A stretch of DNA of 64,000 nt from Macrostomum lignano. Lineage: Eukaryota. The notes below the pieces were generated by a model. It had not been told where the DNA came from. It saw nothing but the letters and a program-made list of their open reading frames with translations, and did not search any database. The stretch lies in NCBI GenBank assembly GCA_002269645.1, contig NIVC01002159.1:1-64000 (forward strand), read 5' to 3'. Positions 40,601-51,801 of the stretch are shown one piece after another (the first letter of the stretch is position 1; every line of letters starts with the position of its first letter). A program made the position numbers and the translations under genes.

Positions 40601-43600
40601 TAAAATCGCACCTTGAAATTTGGCACAAGGTGCGATTTCGCACCTTATCTCTGGCGAAAAAAAAACCCAGTAAGTAACTAGCCCCAGGCTTATTAATTTA
40701 TTTTCCTTTTTGACTTTAGGCTTAACATAGTCTATGTCTATGCCTCATTTTTATAACTATCTTACACATGATTAGAGCAAACTGTTGGTATAAGCAATTT
40801 ATTGGTATCAAATATAGAACATCTAGAGAGGCAAAGGAGGCAACATGCCTATTTAACTGGGAGGGAGGATTGGCAAGTTGCTCAAGAAAGAGGCTATACA
40901 TGCTTGGGAGAAAGGGAAGGGGCTGCATGCCTCTAACTAGGGCCTATACAACTGCTATTAGAGAAGAATGCCTTCAAATAAAGAACAGTAATAACTAAGC
41001 TATTTTTAGAACAAATGTAAGCAAGCAAGCAATACAAGCATGTTGCTTCTGTACCATGTATTTTTGCTTGTATATATAATATTTTCTGGCTTAATAGCAT
41101 AAGTATTTAAACAAACTTTAGTATCAAAATGTTATCTAGAAATAGACAAATAATAATCAATTACACTATATTTTTCTAAAAAAACAATTCCAAAGCCTAT
41201 ACAAGTATAAGTTTTACAAAAAAATTGTATACAAATTTACAAGTTTATAAGACAATGTAATAAGGCATAGAGATAGCTACTAAAAGAAGGTAAAGCATAT
41301 ATATTTTATAAAAAAATTACTACAAAAATTGCTAGGCCTATTGCTTCACTTGGCCTTCCTATACAAAAAATGACTAAATAAAATGAGAACAGATTAATAA
41401 ATTGTTTTTGTACTCAAATACAAATTTTAAACAAAATAAAACAAGAAACTATAAGAACTATAGCTAGCTAGGTAATTATAGCAATAACTTGATTACTTGA
41501 TTAATGCCTTATCAAGAATACTATCTTAATCAAATAAAGCTGTTTTAGTAAGGTCATTTCTTTGGTTTGTCTTTTTGCTGTAAAGGGTTAGATTGATCTT
41601 TTCTACGCTTGGCTTCAGCTTTGACTTTATCTAGCAAAATAGTACTGTGTTCATTTTTTTCATTGATTGTAGATTAGGACTCTTTATCCTCACATAGTCA
41701 CTTAGTAACAATGATTCTTACCTAGGTTATTCAGCATTTTTCTTAAAGTTGCCACTCAATATTGGCAATGGCTTGCTTGCTTGTTCTGTTTGAATTTGGC
41801 ATCAAGCAGAGAGATAGGCTGATGGCCCATTTGTTGTGGCTGTATCTATTAGCCATGCTTTGGTTAATGCAAGGTAAAATGTAACAGTTAATTGCACTGC
41901 TTTGTGAGTCAGGCTTGCCAAATTAGAAGTATTTATTTTTATATACCAAAAGTTCAAGAAGTCAATATCAGCTCATTGACTTTTACTGACTTATTTTGTG
42001 TACATAATATTTACTCATTGCCAATGTATGTAGTGTCTAGTATGCATGCAGCATGTGCTTAGGCTAAAGTTGGAAATTTTTATTGCACTTTATTGTTAAG
42101 TGGCATGTGCTATTGGTGGTTTCTCAATAATATAAAGGCCAATTTGGCTATCACTTGGAGTCACATTTTCTTGTGCTCAGCCAAGCACTCTTTTATAATA
42201 AAGATTCCTTACTGCTATAGCACAATATTTATGCCAATTAGGTGTTATTGGATTATTATCTAAAATATAATATAAAAATACTATATATGGAATAATGTTA
42301 TCAAGTCTCTCTGAACTTTGATTTTGGCCTTAACTTTGAAGTTAAGTACTTGATCAAATACTGTAGTAAACAGAAGTTTGTGCATAAGCATTGAAATTTT
42401 TAAAGTAAGGGGGGCATCAATAGTACCCTAGCCCCCTCCCACTCTTTAGGAACTGTTAATATATTTTTCTCCAAATCCTATATACCAAAAATGAGTTGTT
42501 TGTAGTTATGCAAAATAGAATGCTAAAAATGTTATAATTTTTAATCCATATATAGTATTTCCTACTGGTGTTACTTATGACAGGTGGAGACTAAAATATG
42601 TATCATATAAGGTCAGATCCAGGATCTGAGTTCCATCATCAGATCAGCAATTAATTGATTATAACAAATGAGCAATAATCATATGCGTTAGAAGGGGGGC
42701 ATCAATGGTACTTGCCCCCCCCCCCACTTTTTAAAACTGCCTATGGTTTTGTGGCTTAATACCTAATTTCTAGCCATAAGGTAAAAATGTCTAAAAGACA
42801 AATATATATTTTATAGTTGGAATTTTGTGTAAACTGGCCATATTGCAAAAGCAAGACCATGACCTCTAACTTTTCTGTCTAACGCAGGCAAAGTGGAAAG
42901 CAACATTATTGTGAAAACTTGGCAGGCCAGCGCCAGCGAACATATCTACTGCGAAGTCCTCGAGCCCCAGGCGGTGGCCTACTTTTATCGATTGTCGCCT
43001 GCCAAGGATTTTGGCGTCCAGTTTGTGAGTCGATGCTTATAAATAAGCTGATTATGGGCTATAATAATAGAGTTTGATAAATCTGGCCTTACTTGAGGGC
43101 CAACCCCCCCCCCACCAAGGCACAGATACAGGCACTGTTCAGTGTACACCCGCTGTACACCCTGTGTGAGTGTGCCTGCCAGAGGTCAACAGAATAGGAT
43201 AAATTGCAGCCCTCATGTCAACTGTGGTAGTAATCCAAGTGTGCATTGACTGAACCCGTTCTCAGAACTTCACATTCTACTCAGCCAAGCTGGTGTTCAG
43301 CCACCCGGCTCACGGATGCAGCCAGCTGAGTAACGCCTATCAAGTCGGCAGCCGCATTGTGGCCATCGAGCGGGGCGGCTGCAGCTTCATGACCAAGGCG
43401 CTGGTTGCGCAGGAGGCTGGCGCACTGGCCGTGATCGTCTACGACAACGAGGCAGAGTCGGACGTGCACGTGTCCATGGTAGATGACGGCACCCATAGGG
43501 AAGTGGCACTTCCGGCCATGTTCATGTCCGGGAAGGATGGGTGAGTGTCTGGGTCACCACATCAGTGCCTCAAGAGTCAAGAATCCAGTCAGTAAGCTAT

Positions 43601-43734
43601 CCTACTCCCGCAGACACACAATCAAGCACACCCTGGAGTCGCTCGGATATGGCTACGCTCTGGTGAACTTGCCAATGAATTTGACTACCAATCAGATGTA
43701 CATGATGAAGCAGGCGCCTTGGAATGTGTGGTAG
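37673..43734 (+). CDS. PRADC1: Protease-associated domain-containing protein 1; exons 37673-37790, 42888-43024, 43266-43540, 43614-43734
   Basis: Signal-peptide exon (SILLLVLCLVANSYG), PAKDFG, IERGGCSFMTK...GALAVIVYDN, LPAMFMSGKDG, C-terminal PWNVW; junction phases compatible. Confidence 0.9.
38081..40564. mobile_element. Foldback-like element with ~480-bp inverted arms (38081-38941 vs 40081-40564) nested in the hAT element
   Basis: Arms are reverse complements over their length once the nested MITE is removed; no TSD found. Confidence 0.7.
38113..38480. mobile_element. Mutator-like MITE inserted in the left foldback arm
   Basis: 9-bp TSD ATTCAGACA (38104-38112, 38481-38489); TIR core CTCCCTAAAACACGCCC. 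Confidence 0.75.
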
Positions 43735-44698
43735 CGTTGGCACAAGCGTTCCTTATTGATTTTGTGCCAACCATCGATTAACCATTTTCTTCTGCCTGCA
43801 CAAATTGTAAATGAGTTGGTTCTGTTCATTGGAACAGTTTTAATTATAATTATTTTTCTTGCCTTTCCGACAACTTTTGTCTCTCTTTGATTTTTAAAGG
43901 CCCTAGGGTTTTTGGTGGTCTTCCTTGAGACGTTTTCAAATCATAGTCTAGTCCGTAGACTTGCTTGCTCACTCTGCTGTCACGAAAAATGGATTCTGTT
44001 AAATTGGACAATTTAACGATTGATTACAACGGTTGCTAAAATGTTTGCCGTGATTCCTTTTGTCTAAGAGTATACAGTGTATATGTATCTGAACTCGTAT
44101 CTTTATTTCCTGGTTTGTCTCACTCAATTTTATCCCGCCATTATTTTTATTTTCTATCCGCAAATAAACAACTGAGTCACGGATGTCCAAATGAGATAAG
44201 GATTAGCGAGTCGATTTAAGACACGCTATAAGAGTGGCTTGGCAAAATGACGGCGGCACAGTGGCTTTGTTTTATTTGTAACTTTTTTTGAGTGCTAAGG
44301 AAGCATTTCATTTAATCAGAGACGTGCCACACAAATGCAGCGGCGTGCGCGTGTAAAAACTGAATTATTAATGACTGAATGACTGCTGGCAATGGCACTA
44401 ACTCTACAGTGCAAGCTCTACTTCCAAAAATAAGACTAACGTGTTATCGATATCGATACCTTGTTATACTGTGCTGTTAGTTGACACGTTCGAAACATTT
44501 CTAGGACGATTGCAGTTACCAGTTACCGCCGTATCTGTATTCTGTAGTAATCTCTTATGTACTGTACAGTCCCCTAGGGGGGGGGGGGCAGTTAGCTAGT
44601 CTACATCCACTAAAACTGAAAATCCAAAATCAACAGCACAAGCTAATGCCGACTAGCTGCATTCAATAAAAGAAAGTAAAGTTTTAATAGTTCGATCA

Positions 44699-47600
44699 TC
44701 AGAGTCTCAGTCTAGGCTTATTGAGAGCTGAATCGAACAGGCCCATGGATTCCAGCACAATATTTCGGAGATCGTGAGGCTTAGTGGGAAAGTACAAGTT
44801 CATGAATATGGTATTGACGTGGCCGCCGTTAACAACGCGACAGTGCATATCGGGCCAAAGCTCGGTGAGGGGAAACACGCCGTCCCTGGGAATGTATCCG
44901 TCGCCCAGGGCTTGCAGGCTGTAGATCGGGCCAACCGGGGGCTCGAAGTTGCCCATATGGGTGAAGTAGTCCAGCAGACAGGTCACGAACTCGCGCACAT
45001 CTTTCTCTTCGGCAGTGTCTGGTTGGTGCCGCTGCTGCCGGTGCTTGTTCTCCATGGCGTTCATCATCTGGATGTCGTCTTGAGTAGGGGTCTGATCATC
45101 CCGACTGCGCTGTCCAGACGCGAACAGGCCCACGCCATAGTCGGAGATGGAGGTGTACACCGACCGGAGGCGTTCCAGACTGCCCAGTGAGCGAATGGAA
45201 TCCGTGAGCCAGGCCGGGTTGGGGTCCACCTGATGGCGGGCGGAGTAACGGCTCAGATTGGTTGAGACTAAATCGTTTCATTGGACCCCCAAAACGAATC
45301 AAATCGACAAGATAAAATCAATCGATCACAATAGTCAATGATCAGCTACCACCATGATCACCAGCTGCATTTTTTATCATAGCTACTGTTATGATTATGG
45401 TCATAGCTACTGTTATGATTATGGTCATAGCTACTGTTATGATTATGGTCATAGCTACTGTTATGATTATGGTCATAGCTACTGTTATGATTATGGTCAT
45501 AGCTACTGTTATGATTATGGCCATAGCTACTGTTATGATTATGGTCATAGCTACTGTTATGGTTATGGTCATAGCTACTGTTATGATTATGGTCATAGCT
45601 ACTGTTATGATTATGGTCATAGCTACTGTTATGATTATGGTCATAGCTACTGTTATGGTTATGGTCATAGCTACTGTTATGATTATGGTCATAGCTACTG
45701 TTATGGTTATGGTCATAGCTACTGTCATGATTATGGTCATAGCTACTGTTATGATTATGGTCATAGCTACTGTTATGATTATGGTCATAGCTACTGTTAT
45801 GATTATGGTCATAGCTACTGTTATGATTATGTCATAGCTACTGTTATGATTATGGTCATAGCTACTGTTATGGTTATGGTCATAGCTACTGTTATGATTA
45901 TGGTCATAGCTACTGTTATGGTTATGGTCATAGCTACTGTTATGATTACGGTCATAGCTACTGTTATGATTATGGTCATAGCTACTGTTATGATTATGGT
46001 CATAGCTACTGTTATGATTATGGTCATAGCTACTGTTATGATTATGGTCATAGCTACTGTTATGGTTATGGTCATAGCTACTGTTATGATTATGGTCATA
46101 GCTACTGTTATGGTTATGGTCATAGCTACTGTTATGATTACGGTCATAGCTACTGTTATGATTATGGTAATAGCTACTGTTATGATTATGGTCATAGCTA
46201 CTGTTATGATTATGGTCATAAGCTACGAGCTAAAACTACAGTCATAGCCAGTCAAAGCGCTACAAACCCCATTGTCTCCCTTAGCAGCGGCCTGCAGCGG
46301 GTCGGCGAACGTGGCCGGCACCCGGTAGCGCGGCGGACAGCCCGAGTCCCGAATCAGCGGCCAGATCCTCTCGCGGAAGGCGGCGTCTCCGGCCAGCTGC
46401 TGACGGATCACCTCCCAGTCCAGCGAGTCGGAGAGGCTGCCGCGCACGTAGCACGGGCTGCTGGAGGTCCAGGACAGGCAGGGCACCAGCGGCAGAGGCC
46501 GATTGTAGACGCTGGCAGCCAGGGAGGCCATGAAGCCACCCAAGGAGACGCCGTGAAGGGCCAGCGGGCTGTAGCCGCGGTCCTCGAGCCAGCGCAGCAA
46601 CAGCCAGCACTCCAGTATGAGCGAGCCGCCCATTAGAAACAGGTCGGACAGGTGCGGCAATGATGAGTACTTCTGACTTGCTGGCCGGCGCGGCTTATAG
46701 AACGGATTGACAAGCAGCAGGGAGCCGACGCCAAGGTAGGCCAGCCGCTGGGCGTGCAGCTGCTGCAGGGTGACGCTGTAATCTCCGGTGCCGGCCAGGT
46801 GCAGCACCACCGGCGGCTGGCACGCCGGATCGCGCGATGCGGCGGTTCGCGGCAACCACATGGTGAAGCTGGGTGGGGGTGCGAAAGACGGGGAAATTGT
46901 TCGGATTGTCAATGAAAACAGGGTAATGACCCCAATGACCAGGGACAACAGGGTAATGACCCCAATGACCAGGGACAACAGGGTAATGACCCCAATGACC
47001 AGGGACAACAGGGTAATGACCCCAATGACCAGTGACAACAGATTAATGATCCTAATGGTTAAGGACAACATAGTAATGATCCTAATGGTTAAGGACAACA
47101 GGTTAATTTAATGACCTCAATGGTTAAGGACAACAGGGTAATGACTCCAATCACCAGGGACAACAGGGTAATGGCCCCAATGACCAGGGACAACAGGGTA
47201 ATGACCCCAATGGTCAAGGACAACAGGGTAATGATTCCAATGACCAGGGACAACAGGTTAATGACCCCAATGACCAGGGACAACAGGATAATGACCCCAA
47301 TGACCAGGGACAACAGATTAATTATCCTAATGGTTAAGGACAACAGAGTAATGACTCCAATGGTTAAGGACAACAGGATAATGACCCCAATGGCCAAGGA
47401 CAACAGGGTAATTATCCAATGGTCAAGAACAACAGGGTAATGACCCCAATGGTCAAGGACAACAGGATAATGACCCCAATGGTTGAGGACAACAGGGTAA
47501 TGACCCATGCATGGCCAAGGACAACATGGTAATGACCCCAATGGCCAAGGACAACAGGGTAATGACCCCAATGGCCAAGGACATGGTAATGACCCCAATG

Positions 47601-48583
47601 GCCAAGGACAACAGGATAATGACCCCAATGGCCAAGGACAACAGGATAATGACCCCAATGGCCAAGGACAACAGGATAATGACCCCAATGGCCAAGGACA
47701 ACAGGGTAATTATCCAATGGTCAAGAACAACAGGGTAATGACCCCAATGGTCAAGGACAACAGGATAATGACCCCAATGGTTGAGGACAACAGGATAATG
47801 ACCCCAATGGCTAAGGACAACAGGATAATGACCCCAATGGCCAAGGACAACAGGGTAATGACCCCAATGGCCAAGGACATGGTAATGACCCCAATGGCCA
47901 AGGACAACAGGATAATGACCCCAATGGCCAAGGACAACAGGATAATGACCCCAATGGCCAAGGACAACAGGATAATGACCCCAATGGCCAAGGACAACAG
48001 GATAATGACCCCAATGGCTAAGGACAACAGGATAATGACCCAATGGCTAAGGACAACAGGATAATGACCCCAGTGGCCAAGGCTGAATCAAGGTGAATTT
48101 CCCGAACTCCATCTACTCACTGGGCAGTTCGAGTCTCCACTGGCATGCAGCCGGGCATCATCTCGTCAAAGGGCGACTGAAAGCTGCCCTCTAACACGTT
48201 GAGCTTCTTGTCGTCGCTGACGTATTTCTGCAGTTGGCGGCAAAGTGATTCATTTATAAGCAGCCAGAACTCTCAGAGTCGGCCCGCCCCGCACTCACCC
48301 TGTTAATCTGAATGGGGTGGTGCCGGCCGTATTTATCAAGCAGCGATTTTCTGACAAAGTCCGGATCGCGAAAATATGGGAAATTGTTCACGAGGCTGAA
48401 ACAGACAGACGGGACATTGTTCAAGGAAATTATTAAAAAAGAATCTTCTAAAAGCAACTGGTTCAAAAAATTATATTACCGCTCCAACAGTTGCGGACTT
48501 CCCAGACCGTTAGAAAAAATTTTGGGCAGACGCGTCATTTTAATAACCTGCCGATAAATCTTGTCCATTCTTTTCCCGGCCAT
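44699..48583 (-). CDS. ABHD18: ABHD18 (C4orf29-like) alpha/beta hydrolase; exons 48480-48583, 48299-48395, 48121-48227, 46268-46868, 44699-45229
   Basis: HLAGTGD, NPFY..R.P, SDLFLMGGSLILE, nucleophile elbow GVSLG, LVPCLSW, GDGYIPR, LWP...GGHV; junction phases compatible. Confidence 0.92.
45378..46222. repeat. 24-bp minisatellite (catagctactgttatgattatggt) filling ABHD18 intron 4
   Basis: About 35 units. Confidence 0.97.
46910..48075. repeat. 30-bp minisatellite (gggtaatgaccccaatgaccagggacaaca) filling ABHD18 intron 3
   Basis: About 38 units. Confidence 0.97.
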
Positions 48584-49076
48584 TTCCCAATCGCCGGTGG
48601 CCGGAAGCGGCGGCGTTCTAATTGTTCTGCAATTTGGTGATTGAGTCGGCGAATTACTCTACTGATAGTAGAAATTAGTGTTTTTTGTGCTAATTCTTTG
48701 TCCCAGACTGAAGTTGCAGCTACTAACAGTAGAAATGCAAGTAAACGACGCGCGAAATACGCTCTGAAGAGAGATTTTTTAAATGAAAAGATTAGGCAGA
48801 AAGCTTTTAGATTAAGCGCCATCTGCACTGCTGATAAATGTATTTAAACTTTAAACTGTTAAACAGGGCACCAAAAATGCAACAAAACAAAAACACAGCG
48901 GAAAAACTTTTGTGACGGATCAAAAAGGATCCAAAAAATGGGTCTACTCTTAACTCTCTTAAAGACAAAACTGGAAACTGGAAACAATAAAGAAAACTTG
49001 AAACAGAACAACACACCAGCACCAGAGACTGAATAGAATTGACAGTGTTGAGGAGATTAGATCTCTCAAGTCAGCG

Positions 49077-49835
49077 TCAGTGCAACGAGCGCTGGATCAC
49101 GGCAGCCCGAATGAACTCCCGCATCTCCGGCTTGCCGCTCGCCCCGCCCACCGCAGAGGCGGCGGCGGCTCCGCCCTCCGGCTCCGGCACATTCATCCGC
49201 CTGGCCAGCGCCTCCAACCGCGTCACCCGCTCAGCCAGCCGCTCCTATTCGCCTTTGCTGGTCTCCTGATGCACCCGAAGGCGCTCCGTCATCTGCGGTG
49301 GCGGGGTTTGAATAACAGCTACTCCAGTGCCCACAGCTACCCTCCCAGTGCCTTCAGTGCCCACAGCAGCCCTCCCAGTGCCTTCAGTGCCCACAGCTGC
49401 CCTCCCAGTGCCTTCAGTGCCCACAGCAGCCCTCCCAGTGCCTTCAGTGCCCACAGCAGCCCTCCCAGTGCCTTCAGTGCCCACAGCTACCCCCCCCCCA
49501 GTGCCTACAGCTCCCAGCTCCCTCCCAGTCCAAGCGGTCACCTGACCCGCGTGCTGCTTGGCCATCTCGGTGGACCGCACCGCCAGCTCGGTGGCCCGCT
49601 CAAGCCTGGACAGCTCGATGTCCGCCTTGCGAACGGCCTCCTCTAGCAGGTCGGCCTGGGCGCTGGCGGACGTGGCCCTGGCTCGGGCCTGACTGAGCTT
49701 CTGCTCCAAGGCGGAGACGAATTTCAGCTCGGTCTCTAAGCCGCGCTGGTATTTCTCCAGCTCGGCGCCCAGGCTGCCGATGGTGTCGATGAGGCCGTCC
49801 TCCAGATTTTGCTTGCTATTGCTGCTGCTGTCCAT
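49077..49835 (-). CDS. Uncharacterised two-exon coiled-coil protein (49542-49835, 49077-49292) with an in-frame TAG at 49245-49247
   Basis: ATG at 49835; heptad-like LEKYQRGLETELKFVSALEQKL; GT-AG intron 49293-49541 holding a 30-bp repeat; coding-like sequence continues 55 codons past the TAG. Confidence 0.6.
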
Positions 49836-49902
49836 GATGGCTGATTTGCTGCCGGTTTCTGGCAATTGCTGCAATTCAGCAATTATCGAGTGAGTATTGC
49901 TA

Positions 49903-50490
49903 TACTAGCGTACTAAAGTACTAGCGTACTAAAGTACTAGCGTACTAAAGTACTAGCGTACTAAAGTACTAGCGTACTAAAGTACTAGCGTACTAAAGTA
50001 CTAGCGTACTAAAGTACTAGCGTACTAAAGTACTAGCGTACTAAAGTACTAGCGTACTAAAGTACTAGCGTACTAAAGTACTAGCGTACTAAAGTACTAG
50101 CGTACTAAAGTACTAGCGTACTAAAGTACTAGCGTACTAAAGTACTAGCGTACTAAAGTACTAGCGTACTAAAGTACTAGCGTACTAAAGTACTAGCGTA
50201 CTAAAGTACTAGCGTACTAAAGTACTAGCGTACTAAAGTACTAGCGTACTAAAGTACTAGCGTACTAAAGTACTAGCGTACTAAAGTACTAGCGTACTAA
50301 AGTACTAGCGTACTAAAGTACTAGCGTACTAAAGTACTAGCGTACTAAAGTACTAGCGTACTAAAGTACTAGCGTACTAAAGTACTAGCTTACTAAATTA
50401 CTAGCGTACTAAATTACTACCGTACTAAAGTACTACCGTACTAAAGTACTACCGAACTAAAGTACTACCGTACCAGAGTACTACCGTACT
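49903..50490. repeat. 16-bp minisatellite (tactagcgtactaaag)
   Basis: About 30 identical units, then a degenerate tail. Confidence 0.97.
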
Positions 50491-51801
50491 GACTAGAGTA
50501 CTACCGGTTACTCGGTAATAAAAAAATGTGATACGCACTAGTTGCTATGCTTTTATCCTATTTCTACTACGGATTTGAATTGATACATAAAAACAATTAA
50601 TCAAATACAGAAAGGAATAAAAATTACGATACAAAACTCGTTCTGCTCTGTGATAGTTTTTAAGCAGTGTGCAGTTCTTTATATAATTGGTAACAAGGAA
50701 TATCAACTCGGCAATGTATAATAAGTTTGTAATGGAATACAGCGCGTACATACACAGAAAACGCACAAATTATTAAAGAGTAGAGTGCGTATATGGCAAC
50801 AAGCGCGTCAAGAGCTTGAGTTGCGGGTATAAATATACATAAACTAAATTATCAAATAAAAACTCTAGCAAGCACTGCAGGCAATGCGTAACCAGTAATA
50901 AAGGCTGCTATTCCGTTTGAGATCAAGAACTAGATTTTGTTATAAATTTAAGGCAAGCGGGAGATTACACTGCGGTTACAGTCAGACACAGAGACATGGA
51001 CACCTGCTGGTGCATCAACAGACAGACAGAAACCCAGATACTAAATTAGCCAGTCAGAGTCACCATAGCAACACACACCATAAATAAAAATATTGAAGAC
51101 AAATATAAAAATTTAGATTGCAACTTGATAACAAAAAGATACTAAATGACATAGAATTAGTTTTAGAAAGATTGCATTAGGTTTAAACACTGACTTGTGC
51201 TTGGAATTCCTAGCCAGATAAATTATTGGAATGCCTGCTTCAATAAAATGAACTGCAAAAAGTATCAGATTATAAAATAGCGATGACTCTGTCTGAAGTA
51301 GCCAGTTTTATTAAATATTAAACCGTGTATTTTATTTTGAAAAATATGTATTTAATAGATTTAAAGCACATCGTGTACTTATTAAATAACGTTAACCGGA
51401 AATTTTTACTCACTAAATAAAGCCACGAGAAAAGCCACGGACAAAAAAGAAATATTAAGACAGGAATGCCGCAGGAGAAGAAACGCAAAGCCAAATAAAA
51501 GCAAACAATGGCTGTTAGGGAAAAAATGTGTGCGCATTGCGGAATCAGACAGACAGTTTTATGAGCAGACAGGTGTGAGAGATAGAGAGATCGGCCATAA
51601 ATTGCAATGAGTAACCATTTAATGGCAAAGCCAGTCCGTACCAGCTATTTAGATAGAAACAGCCAACAAGGAGTCAGGACAGGAAAAACACGACTGTAGC
51701 ACTAATAAGATGACGAGGCATCGCAACAGTACGGCTCGGTTACTCCTTGGCGCGATTACCCCCCTCCCCTGATGTGAATTCAGTGGGATTTCGAAAGCGG
51801 G

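Larger units (their letters stand above)
37800..40670. mobile_element. Non-autonomous hAT-type DNA transposon in PRADC1 intron 1
   Basis: TIR CAGGGTTTTTTTTT / AAAAAAAAACCCAG; exact 8-bp TSD TAAGTAAC (37792-37799, 40671-40678); subterminal CGCACC/GGTGCG motifs at both ends. Confidence 0.85.

Noticed and set aside
45342-48064. YGHSYCYD, MTIIITVA, MTPMAKDNR and similar repeat ORFs
   Set aside because: Minisatellites inside ABHD18 introns whose GT-AG boundaries are well defined.
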